Assembly: GCA_964448855.1 (NCBI GenBank)
Contig: CAYUXI010000013.1
Location: 674-64,673, forward strand
Direction of reading: 5' to 3'
From: an uncultured Oscillospiraceae bacterium
Lineage (GTDB): Bacteria > Bacillota > Clostridia > Oscillospirales > QAMX01
Length of the DNA: 64,000 nt
How positions within the stretch are numbered: position 1 is the first letter of the stretch; each line of letters begins with the position of its first letter. The notes beneath the pieces are model-generated. The model searched no databases. It worked only from the letters and a program-made list of their open reading frames with translations, and was not told the origin of the DNA. Below are positions 1-8,336 of this stretch, piece by piece. The translations under genes and the position numbers were made by a program.

Positions 1-86
1 TGGGTGGCTACGGGGTGAAAGGGAGGCTTGGGTGGCTCGTCCAATGCTGACATTGCGGGGTGCGGCTGCTTTTTTTGCGTTTCCGG

Positions 87-115
87 TTGACTATTTCACA
101 TTTTCGCGGTAAAAT
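87..115 (+). promoter_or_regulatory. SigA-type promoter of the tagA-tmk operon
   Basis: TTGACT (87-92), 17-nt spacer, TAAAAT (110-115); RBS AAAGGAGG at 142-149. Confidence 0.7.
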
Positions 116-156
116 ATAGGATAGGTTGGTATAGACAGCTGAAAGGAGGCGCCGAT

Positions 157-912
157 TTGACTGATTTTGAGCAACGGGTAGACGTTTTGGGCGTTGGATT
201 GAATAACATTACCATGGACGGTGCCATTCACGCGGTGGAGGCTCTGGTGGAAGCGGATTCGCCCGCCTATATTGTCACGCCGAATCCGGAGATTATCAGC
301 TTTTGCCAACGCGATCCGGAGATCATGGCCGCCGTCAACGGCGCTTCTCTCGTGATTCCGGACGGTATCGGCGTCATTTACGCATTGAAAATGCTTCGCC
401 GCCCCATCGGCGGCCGTGTGCCGGGGGTAGAGCTCGGCGAAAACATTCTGCCGCTCGCCATTGAGCGCGGCTATCGGCTTTTCATATTTGGCGGGAAGCC
501 CGGCGTTGCCGAAAAGGCCGCCGAACGCCTTTCGGAAAAATATCCGGGGCTTCAGATCTGCGGCACAGCAGACGGCTATTTTTCGGACGATGACGAGGTG
601 TCTGCCCGCATTTCGGCGGCTGCGCCGGATCTGCTCTTTGTCTGTCTGGGTGCGCCGCGGCAGGAGCTGTGGATGGCTGCTCACGCCGGTCGTGTGCAGG
701 CGCGGCTGATGATCGGGCTCGGCGGCTCTGTGGACATCTACGCCGGGACGGTGAACCGTGCGCCGAAGTTCTGGCGCAAGCTGAACCTCGAATGGTTTTA
801 CCGGCTGATCTGCCAGCCGAAGCGCATCAGCCGTTTGGCTCGGAGTCTCCCCTCGTTTCTGCCGGCGGTCTGGCATCAGCGCCGCGCAGAAAACAAGCAG
901 AAGCGCGTTTGA
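157..912 (+). CDS. tagA: WecB/TagA/CpsF family glycosyltransferase
   Basis: TTG start after AAAGGAGG; motifs IVTPNPE, PDGIG, RVPGVEL, LGAPRQE, GLGGSVD, LEWFYRL. Confidence 0.9.
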   Translation: MTDFEQRVDVLGVGLNNITMDGAIHAVEALVEADSPAYIVTPNPEIISFCQRDPEIMAAVNGASLVIPDGIGVIYALKMLRRPIGGRVPGVELGENILPLAIERGYRLFIFGGKPGVAEKAAERLSEKYPGLQICGTADGYFSDDDEVSARISAAAPDLLFVCLGAPRQELWMAAHAGRVQARLMIGLGGSVDIYAGTVNRAPKFWRKLNLEWFYRLICQPKRISRLARSLPSFLPAVWHQRRAENKQKRV

Positions 913-938
913 AAAATGGATTGGAAATCAGGGATTGT

Positions 939-1610
939 ATGCATACACACGGTAAATTGTTCGTTTTGGAGGGCATTGACGGTTCCGGCAAAACCACCCA
1001 GTATGACCGGCTGCTGGCCCGTGCAGCTGCCGTCGGCCAGCCGATGACCGGCACCACCTTTCCGAATTATCAAAGCCCCTCCGGGAAGCTCGTTTCCCAA
1101 TATCTGAGCGGTGCGTTCGGCACGCGGCCGGACGATGTCAACGCCTATGCGGCGGCATCCATTTTTGCGGTGGATCGCTATGCCTCCTTCAAAACGGATC
1201 GGTGGGGCGAGGTCTGGCGTTCCGGCGGCACCGTTCTGTCCGCCCGCTACACCACGTCGAACGCCATCCATCAGGCGTCCAAGCTGCCCGCAGCCGAATG
1301 GCCATCCTTTTTCCGCTGGCTGGAGCAGTATGAGTTCGGCGATCTGGCGCTGCCCAAGCCGGACGACGTCTTCTTTCTGGAGATTCCGGTTGAGCTTTCG
1401 CTCCGTCTGGTCGCCGCCCGTGCCGAAGCGACTGGCGTTGCACGGGACATTCACGAGCAGGATGCAGCCTATCTGCTGCGCTGTGCCGAGGCGGCTGAGG
1501 CTGCCGCCACCTTCTTCGGCTGGACGCGGATTCCGGTCGCCGAAAACGGGCAGATGCGCCCTGTGGACGACATTCACGCGACACTTTCTCAGCTTCTTGA
1601 TCTTTCGTAG
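939..1610 (+). CDS. tmk: Thymidylate kinase
   Basis: LFVLEGIDGSGKTTQ P-loop, FPNY, DRY and PKPD motifs; start moved to ATG 939 (the track ORF begins upstream inside tagA). Confidence 0.85.
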   Translation: MHTHGKLFVLEGIDGSGKTTQYDRLLARAAAVGQPMTGTTFPNYQSPSGKLVSQYLSGAFGTRPDDVNAYAAASIFAVDRYASFKTDRWGEVWRSGGTVLSARYTTSNAIHQASKLPAAEWPSFFRWLEQYEFGDLALPKPDDVFFLEIPVELSLRLVAARAEATGVARDIHEQDAAYLLRCAEAAEAAATFFGWTRIPVAENGQMRPVDDIHATLSQLLDLS

Positions 1611-1644
1611 CAACCGATCCGGTTGCTGCCAGTGAGGTTTTTTT

Positions 1645-2547
1645 GTGCAGTTTCGAACACTTGAATTACAGGATCGTGCCATTGTCCAGCCGCTGATTGA
1701 TCAGGCGGGCTGTCTGGCCAGCGAGTCTTCGTTTGCCACCATGTTCATCTGGCAGGACATGACCCATGATCTTTTCTGCATCCGCGACGGGGTTCTCTTC
1801 CGCCGTGGAACGGGAACGCACCGCCTGCGCTATGCATTCCCCATCGGTGCCGATGACCCCTCCGCTGCGCTGGCGGCCATCCGTGCCGATGCGGCCGAGG
1901 CCGGTGGCCTGCCGGAATTCGACTGGCTGACGGCGGAGCAGCGCGAGCAGGTCGCCTCGATTTTTTCGGATCTCCCCTATTCCTTTTCCGAGCAGCCGGA
2001 GCTGGCCGATTATCTCTACAACACCGACGATCTGGCCAGTCTGCGCGGCAAAAAATACCACGCCAAGCGCAATTTTGTCAACCGTTTTTCCGCTGAATAC
2101 GCGGGGCGGTTCCGGCTCTGCCCGATCACGTCCGACTGTCTGGACGAGATCTGGGACTTCAACCGCAAATGGTGTACGCTGGAGGGCTATCTGCCGGGGC
2201 ACGGTGGTGTCGCATCCGAGTCCTGCGCCATTCACCGGGCGCTGGCCAGCTTTGAAGCGCTGGAGATGTCCGGGCAGGTGCTCTATGTGGACAACGCGAT
2301 GGTCGCCTACAGTCTGGCCTCTCCGATCTCACGCCGTGCGGCGGACGTCCATGCGGAAAAAGCGCTGGACGATTTCGTCGGTGCCTATGCCGTTATCAAC
2401 CAGGCCACCGCGCAGCAGCTGCAGGCGCAGCAGTATCCCTTCATCAACCGCGAAGAGGATCTCGGTCTGGATGGGCTCCGTCAGGCGAAGGCGTCCTACC
2501 ATCCGGCTATGCAGTTGATGATCTGGAAGGCACGGTTGAACGCATGA
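1645..2547 (+). CDS. DUF2156 (aminoacyl-phosphatidylglycerol synthase C-terminal-like) protein
   Basis: DYLY..DLASLRGKKYHAKRNFVNRF, HAEKA, INREEDLGLDGLRQAKASYHP motifs. Confidence 0.8.
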   Translation: MQFRTLELQDRAIVQPLIDQAGCLASESSFATMFIWQDMTHDLFCIRDGVLFRRGTGTHRLRYAFPIGADDPSAALAAIRADAAEAGGLPEFDWLTAEQREQVASIFSDLPYSFSEQPELADYLYNTDDLASLRGKKYHAKRNFVNRFSAEYAGRFRLCPITSDCLDEIWDFNRKWCTLEGYLPGHGGVASESCAIHRALASFEALEMSGQVLYVDNAMVAYSLASPISRRAADVHAEKALDDFVGAYAVINQATAQQLQAQQYPFINREEDLGLDGLRQAKASYHPAMQLMIWKARLNA

Positions 2548-3344
2548 CGGTGCGGCGCGCTGAAGCCTCCGATGTGGCGGCCATGACGGCGCTGTATGCG
2601 CAGTGCTTTTCCGACAGTGCTGCGTTTCGTGCAGGCGTCTTTACGCAGGTTCTGCCGCTCGGCGATGCACTGCTTTCCGAGGATGCGGCTGGCAAGCCCG
2701 CAGCCATGGTGCTGCTGCCGCAGTTTTCGCTCAGCAGCGGGCAAACCGTCGGATATCTGTATGCGCTCTGCACCCGGCCGGACTGCCGTGGGCAGGGGCA
2801 TATGACTGCGCTTTTGAACGCCGCACACCGCGTCTGCGCGGCGCGGGGCGACATCTGGACGATGTTGATTCCGGCGACGGGGTCTCTGGCACAGACCTAC
2901 GCACGGTTTGGATACGCGCCGGTCGGCTTCCTTCGGGAATGCACCGTGTCGGCTCCGCCCGCTTCGACGGTCTGTCCGCCGCTGCGGCGCGCCGTGGAAG
3001 CGGATGCTCCGCAGATCGACCGGCTGTGGCGGATGTCCGGCTCGCAGATGCGCCTGACGCGCCCCATGAGCCTGTACCGCTCGCTCGATCGGCTGTACGG
3101 CGCATCGGGCGGCGGCTTTTACCTCTGCGGCGGGGGCTATGTCTTCCTCGATGCGGAGGGGCCGTTGACCATTCGCGAAGCGGTCGCTTCGGACGGCGAT
3201 GTCGCTGCTTTGCTGCGTGCGGTGCCGAGCCATTTCGGGCTGGTGCAGGTGCGCTGTCGTCTGCCGTCCGACCATGGCGCTCCCTATGTCTATGCCCGCG
3301 GGGCGTCCTTCGTTTCCGGGGCACTGAACCTGCTCTTTGACTGA
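2544..3344 (+). CDS. GNAT family N-acetyltransferase
   Basis: YLYALCTRPDCRGQGHM acetyl-CoA motif, YARFGY; 4-bp overlap with the upstream gene. Confidence 0.8.
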   Translation: MTVRRAEASDVAAMTALYAQCFSDSAAFRAGVFTQVLPLGDALLSEDAAGKPAAMVLLPQFSLSSGQTVGYLYALCTRPDCRGQGHMTALLNAAHRVCAARGDIWTMLIPATGSLAQTYARFGYAPVGFLRECTVSAPPASTVCPPLRRAVEADAPQIDRLWRMSGSQMRLTRPMSLYRSLDRLYGASGGGFYLCGGGYVFLDAEGPLTIREAVASDGDVAALLRAVPSHFGLVQVRCRLPSDHGAPYVYARGASFVSGALNLLFD

Positions 3345-3394
3345 GTGCGGGATTCCGATATTTCTGTTTGATTTTTTTGAAAGGCGGACATTCT

Positions 3395-3952
3395 ATGATG
3401 ACGGATTCATCTGTGTATATTTTATTTGCCGACGGCTTTGAAGAAATCGAGGCCATCACTCCGGCGGACATTCTCCGCCGCATGGAGCTGGACGTTGTGC
3501 TGGTCGGCGTGACGGGGAAACAGGTGCGCGGGGCGCACGGCATGGAGCTGAGCATGGATCGCACGCTGAATCAGCTCCGCACACAGACACCGGCGGCCGT
3601 TCTGCTCCCCGGCGGGATGCCCGGTGCGCGCAATCTGGACAGCAACCGGCTGGTCGGCGACATGGTTCGCCGCGTGGCGGATGCGGGCGGCGTCATCGGC
3701 GCCATCTGCGCCGCACCCATGGTGATCGGGCGGCTTGGCCTTCTGCAGGGCAAGCGTGCCACCTGCTTCCCGGGGTTTGAGGAGCATCTCCTCGGCGCTG
3801 AGAAGCAGGCCGACCGCGTTGTGACGGACGGTCGGATTGTCACCGCAGCCGGTGCGGGTGTGGCGGCCGAGTTCGCCTTTGCAGTCGGCTCGCTGCTGAA
3901 GGATCCCGTGACCGCCGCGTTTGTTCGCCGTTCCATGCAGTTTGCCGACTAA
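3395..3952 (+). CDS. DJ-1/PfpI (YajL-like) protein
   Basis: DGFEEIEAI, LPGGMPGA, AICAAP, TCFPGFE; RBS GAAAGGCGG. Confidence 0.9.
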   Translation: MMTDSSVYILFADGFEEIEAITPADILRRMELDVVLVGVTGKQVRGAHGMELSMDRTLNQLRTQTPAAVLLPGGMPGARNLDSNRLVGDMVRRVADAGGVIGAICAAPMVIGRLGLLQGKRATCFPGFEEHLLGAEKQADRVVTDGRIVTAAGAGVAAEFAFAVGSLLKDPVTAAFVRRSMQFAD

Positions 3953-4010
3953 AGCGGAGCCGCCCGCTCGAAGTCCGGGCGGGCGGCGTTCCGATGGGTT
4001 TCGGCAAAAT

Positions 4011-4109
4011 TTAGCCGTTGCAGCAGGAAGAAAACAGAAGCAGAATGACTGCGATGATGAGAATGATCCACCAGCAGCTGTTCTCGTCAAAGATATTGTT
4101 GCAGCACAT
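4011..4109 (-). CDS. 32-aa Cys-flanked hydrophobic small protein (MCCNNIFDENSCWWIILIIAVILLLFSSCCNG), putative sporulation membrane protein
   Basis: Manual translation (below the ORF-track cutoff); RBS AGAAAGGT upstream; one transmembrane stretch; SigK-like promoter upstream. Confidence 0.7.
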   Translation of the reverse strand: MCCNNIFDENSCWWIILIIAVILLLFSSCCNG

Positions 4110-4184
4110 AATTCTGACCAACCTTTCTGAAAATATCAGCTATGGAAAAGCTGTTTTTCGGGGCGATTGCTGCCCTTTCGAGAT

Positions 4185-4213
4185 CATATTATGCTGCCGT
4201 GCGGCAATGTGTT
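4185..4213 (-). promoter_or_regulatory. SigK-like promoter for the small ORF 4011-4109
   Basis: Minus strand AACA-N16-CATAATATG matches the B. subtilis SigK consensus mACm-N16-CATAnnnT. Confidence 0.45.
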
Positions 4214-4265
4214 CCGTGCGGTTCGGCCAGGGCTCCCTCTGTCAGGAGCCGGAAAGGCATTTGCC

Positions 4266-5630
4266 ATGATGGACAATCAACCTTACGATTTTGACAATCT
4301 GCCGGGTGGTGAGGAATATACGCCGCCCGTCTCCAACAATGAGCTTCTGAACCGTCTGCTGTCGGAGGATTCATCACCCGCTCCGGAATCGAAGCAGCCC
4401 TCTCAGTCGTCCGAAGAGCTACCGCCCGTGGAACTACCGTCCGAAGAGCTACCGCCCGTGGAGCAACCGCTCATGGTTCAGTCGCCCAGCAAGCAGCCAG
4501 CTGCAGAGCTGCCGACTGAGCCGGATCCGCCGGACGAGGAACCGGACGATCGGCCGGAGGAAAAGCCGCGCAGCAGCATCGGCTGTCTCTCCAGCTTCAC
4601 CTACTGCATCCTGATTTTCGGCGTCTCCATTCTGCTCACGGCGCTGCTGATTCTGGCCGCCAACGATATGTTCGCGCTCGTCAAGTCCGATCAGGAAATC
4701 ACCATTGCCATCACGGACGACGATTCTCTCCGCGACATCGCCGATACGCTCTCTGACAACGGCATCATCCGCTATCCCTCCCTGTTCTGGACGTTTGCCA
4801 AAATGACCGATATGGATGACCGGATTCAGTCCGGCACCTACACGCTCAGCCCCTCCATGGACTACCGTTCCATTCTGTCCGCCATCCGCTACCGGCCAAA
4901 CACCCGGCAGGTCGTCACCGTGACCATTCCGGAGGGCATGACGCAGGACGATATTTTCGAATTGCTGGAGGAAAATGGCGTCTGCGAAGCGTATCTGCTC
5001 CGCGCCTATGCCAAATACTATGATTTTTCCTACAGCTTTCTAAAGGATCTCCCCTATTCCGACAAGCGGCTGGAGGGATATCTGTTCCCGGATACCTATG
5101 ATTTCTACATCGACGACTCGCCGGTGCGTGTGCTAAAAAAATTCCTCTCGAACTTCAGCCGGAAATGGGACGTTGATCTGAAGTCCCGCGCTGAAAATAT
5201 CAACATGAGCATCCGCGATATCACGATCATTGCATCGATGATTGAGCGCGAAGCGAAGTATGACGAGGAACGGCCTGTGATCGCCTCCGTCATACACAAC
5301 CGTCTGCGCAGCAGCCGGTTCCCCCATCTGCAGATTGACGCCACGGTGCAGTATGCCCTGCCGGAATGGAAGGAGCATCTGACCGAGGAGGACCTCAAAA
5401 TTGACAGCCCCTACAACACGTATCTCTGCGAAGGGCTGCCGATCGGGCCGATCTGCAACCCCGGTCTGGCCGCCATCCGTGCAGTGCTGTATCCGGAGGA
5501 TACGAACTACTACTACTATGTCGCACGGAAAAACGGCTGGCATTACTTTGCCTCCACCTATGACCAGCATCAGGAAAATATTCGCCGGGCGTCTGAAGAA
5601 GATCTTTTGACGCCGGGGGATGCCTCTTAA
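4266..5630 (+). CDS. mltG: Endolytic transglycosylase MltG (YceG family) with an acidic Pro-rich N-terminus
   Basis: VTIPEG, LEGYLFPDTY, IASMIEREA, LQIDATVQY, SPYNTY, GLPIGPICNPG; single TM segment. Confidence 0.92.
   Translation: MMDNQPYDFDNLPGGEEYTPPVSNNELLNRLLSEDSSPAPESKQPSQSSEELPPVELPSEELPPVEQPLMVQSPSKQPAAELPTEPDPPDEEPDDRPEEKPRSSIGCLSSFTYCILIFGVSILLTALLILAANDMFALVKSDQEITIAITDDDSLRDIADTLSDNGIIRYPSLFWTFAKMTDMDDRIQSGTYTLSPSMDYRSILSAIRYRPNTRQVVTVTIPEGMTQDDIFELLEENGVCEAYLLRAYAKYYDFSYSFLKDLPYSDKRLEGYLFPDTYDFYIDDSPVRVLKKFLSNFSRKWDVDLKSRAENINMSIRDITIIASMIEREAKYDEERPVIASVIHNRLRSSRFPHLQIDATVQYALPEWKEHLTEEDLKIDSPYNTYLCEGLPIGPICNPGLAAIRAVLYPEDTNYYYYVARKNGWHYFASTYDQHQENIRRASEEDLLTPGDAS
4408..4462 (+). 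repeat. Two identical 25-bp units with 30-bp period (SEELPPVE x2) in the mltG N-terminus
   Basis: CGTCCGAAGAGCTACCGCCCGTGGA at 4408-4432 and 4438-4462. Confidence 0.9.
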
Positions 5631-5653
5631 ATTACGGAAAGGATTGTTTCATT

Positions 5654-7387
5654 ATGGAGTATCATCTGAAATGTTCGGACGCGTTTCGTGCGTCCTGTTC
5701 CGAGTCCTGCCCCGAGCCGGGCATTGTTTTGCTGCATCTGACTGCGGATGCCGTGGTGTCGCCCGCCAAGCTGGAGCTGACCGTTTACTGGGAGATGCCA
5801 AATGCCGGCATTGCTCTGACATGGACGCCCGGCAACTATCGGGATAAGATCGTCGGGCCGAACTGGCGGCGGCTGAACGATTCGTGTGGGATGTCCGGTG
5901 CGCCGATCTATGTGAGCGTCGGCGACCACGATCAGAACTGTCTGACCATCGCCTGCTCGGACGCTAAAAATCGTGTCGGGATGCGCACCGGTGTGATTGA
6001 GGAGAACGGCTGCATGGACTGCCGCGTCCGCATCAACGTGGACAGCGCCATTTCGCACTACGAGGCGGATATCCGTCTGGATCACCGCGACCTGCCGTTT
6101 TACAAGTCGATTCAGGATGTCCAGCGCTGGTGGACGACCTATGACGGCTATACGCCCGCACCCGTCCCGTCGGATGCGCGGGAGCCGCTCTACTCCGCCT
6201 GGTACAGCTACCATCAGGCCATCGACGTGCCCGCCATTGTGCGCGAATGTGAATACTTCGCCAAGCTGGGGGCACGTGTGTTGATCGTCGATGACGGCTG
6301 GCAGACCGATGACGGGAACCGCGGCTATGACTACTGCGGCGACTGGCAGACCGCCGCTTCCAAGGTGCCCGATATGCGCGCCTTTGTCGATGCGGTTCAC
6401 GCGCAGGGGATGAAGTTTGTCCTCTGGTATTCCGTTCCGTTCGTCGGCGAATACACCGCCGCCTATGAGCGGTTCAAGGACAAGCTGCTCGGCACACGCG
6501 GGCACAACAATACATCCAAGACGCACGTGTTTGATCCGCGCTATCCGGAGGTTCGCGCTTATCTGATTGACCTGTACCGGAAGGCCGTGCTGGATTGGGA
6601 TCTGGACGGCTTCAAGTTTGACTTTGTGGACGCCTTCTATCAGTCGGATGAAACGGCGGAGGGCATGGATTATGTCTCGGTCTACGACGCGGTGGATCGT
6701 TTGATGAAGGACGTCATTGCCGAGCTGCGCACCATCAAGCCGGACATTCTGATCGAGTTCCGGCAGTCCTACATCGGCCCGCTGATGCGCACCTTCGGCA
6801 ATATGTTCCGCGTGGGCGATTGCCCCTGCGACGCGCAATCCAACCGCCTTTCCTCCCTCGCGCTGCGGATGCTCTGCGGCAACACCGCCATTCACTCCGA
6901 CATGGTCATGTGGCATCCGGAGGTCTGTGCGGAGCAGGCGGCCTATCAGCTGACCAGCGTGCTCTTTGCCGTGCCGCAGATTTCCGTCCGGCAGGATCAG
7001 CTTTCGCCGGAGCAGGCGGAAATGGTCGCCGCGTATCTCGCGCTGTGGCGGAAATACCGGGATGTGCTGCTCGACGGGGAAATGTTCTACCATGGCTATG
7101 CCAACGATTTCCCGTATGTCTCCTCGCGCAAGGGCCATACGCAGGTCGGTGCCGTCTACGGCGGCATGATCGCCTATTTCCCGGAGGTGACCGACGAGAT
7201 CGTCCTCGTCAACGCCTCGCCGGACAGCCGCATTCTGCTGGATGCGCCCTGTGCCGGAACGTATCGCTACACCATCGCGGATTGCTGCGGCAAACCGGCC
7301 GGCAGCGGCACCGTCGTGCTCAACGGTGCCTTCCCGGTGATTGATCACGTCCCGGTCAACGGCGTGGTCACGCTGACTCGCGCATAA
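5654..7387 (+). CDS. Glycoside hydrolase family 36 (alpha-galactosidase-like)
   Basis: PLYSAWY, IVDDGWQ, DGFKFDF nucleophile motif, FRVGDCP. Confidence 0.85.
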   Translation: MEYHLKCSDAFRASCSESCPEPGIVLLHLTADAVVSPAKLELTVYWEMPNAGIALTWTPGNYRDKIVGPNWRRLNDSCGMSGAPIYVSVGDHDQNCLTIACSDAKNRVGMRTGVIEENGCMDCRVRINVDSAISHYEADIRLDHRDLPFYKSIQDVQRWWTTYDGYTPAPVPSDAREPLYSAWYSYHQAIDVPAIVRECEYFAKLGARVLIVDDGWQTDDGNRGYDYCGDWQTAASKVPDMRAFVDAVHAQGMKFVLWYSVPFVGEYTAAYERFKDKLLGTRGHNNTSKTHVFDPRYPEVRAYLIDLYRKAVLDWDLDGFKFDFVDAFYQSDETAEGMDYVSVYDAVDRLMKDVIAELRTIKPDILIEFRQSYIGPLMRTFGNMFRVGDCPCDAQSNRLSSLALRMLCGNTAIHSDMVMWHPEVCAEQAAYQLTSVLFAVPQISVRQDQLSPEQAEMVAAYLALWRKYRDVLLDGEMFYHGYANDFPYVSSRKGHTQVGAVYGGMIAYFPEVTDEIVLVNASPDSRILLDAPCAGTYRYTIADCCGKPAGSGTVVLNGAFPVIDHVPVNGVVTLTRA

Positions 7388-7398
7388 AGCATTTCAAA

Positions 7399-7435
7399 AA
7401 CCGCCCCGGGCTGTTTGACACAGCTCGGGGCGGTT
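7399..7435. terminator. Hairpin between the convergent GH36 and hypothetical genes
   Basis: AACCGCCCCGGGCTG-tttgaca-CAGCTCGGGGCGGTT. Confidence 0.75.
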
Positions 7436-7496
7436 GCATTGTCTGTTTCAGGTACGGCGCGCGGGTGGGGTGCAGAAAAATCGCGGGTGGAGTGCG

Positions 7497-8243
7497 TCAG
7501 GCATAGCGGTACAGGTTTTCCCGGCCGCTCCGGCCAACGCACGAAACGGCCTGCATGGAGACGAGCAGGTTCAGCGCCTGCTGGGCATCGCGTCGGCGGA
7601 TATGCGCCGCAGCGGCCAGAACGGCGCTGGTAAACGGTTCCTCCATCCCCTGCGGCAGCAGGGCTGCATAGTCGGCGGGTGTGCGCAGGGCGATGACGGA
7701 GCGCAGCGCGGTGGGGATTTTTTCATAGCGCGTTGCGTGGCGTTTTCGCGTTTCGCCGGTTCCATCCAGCAATCGGTATTCGTCCAGCGTCAAGCAGACG
7801 AGATCGACCGTCAGCCCCGGCATTTGCAGCCGGGATTTGAGCGCACAGAGCTCCGACAGCGCCTCCAGCGGCTTGCCGTGGAGGCGGGAGCGCCTCGTTT
7901 CCACAACCTCCCCGCTCGTCGGCTCCAGCCAGAGGATGCGCGCATCGGTCACCACCGGGCAGACGATTCGAACATCCGTCACCGGCAAAAAGGCGTCCAG
8001 CTTCCGCGCCAGCCGGTGCAGCTGTGCCGTCTGGATTTCCACGGCGCACGTTTCCGTCAAGGCATCCGTCACGTAGCCCTGCAGCTTGCGTTCGTGGCGC
8101 GTCTCGTCCGGCTCATAGAAGTATTTCAGCGTGAGGTGCAGCGTTTTTTCGCCGAGAGAGCCAATCCCGTTTTCGCCGCGCTGCGCCTCGGCGGCGCGGA
8201 GGCAGGCTTCCGCAAACGATTGCTGCTGTTCCGTCTCAGTCAA
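7497..8243 (-). CDS. Conserved hypothetical protein, possible PD-(D/E)xK nuclease-like fold
   Basis: TTG start after GGAAGGAG; GIGSLGEKTLH and YVTD...VEIQT motifs; extended -10 TGGTATAAT upstream. Confidence 0.6.
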   Translation of the reverse strand: MTETEQQQSFAEACLRAAEAQRGENGIGSLGEKTLHLTLKYFYEPDETRHERKLQGYVTDALTETCAVEIQTAQLHRLARKLDAFLPVTDVRIVCPVVTDARILWLEPTSGEVVETRRSRLHGKPLEALSELCALKSRLQMPGLTVDLVCLTLDEYRLLDGTGETRKRHATRYEKIPTALRSVIALRTPADYAALLPQGMEEPFTSAVLAAAAHIRRRDAQQALNLLVSMQAVSCVGRSGRENLYRYA

Positions 8244-8336
8244 GGGTCATGGCTCCTTCCCGTTTTTTTGGATATCCGCCCTTGATTATACCACATTTTG
8301 CCGCATTTGAAAAGGGATTCCGTGCGTTTTTCCGGT

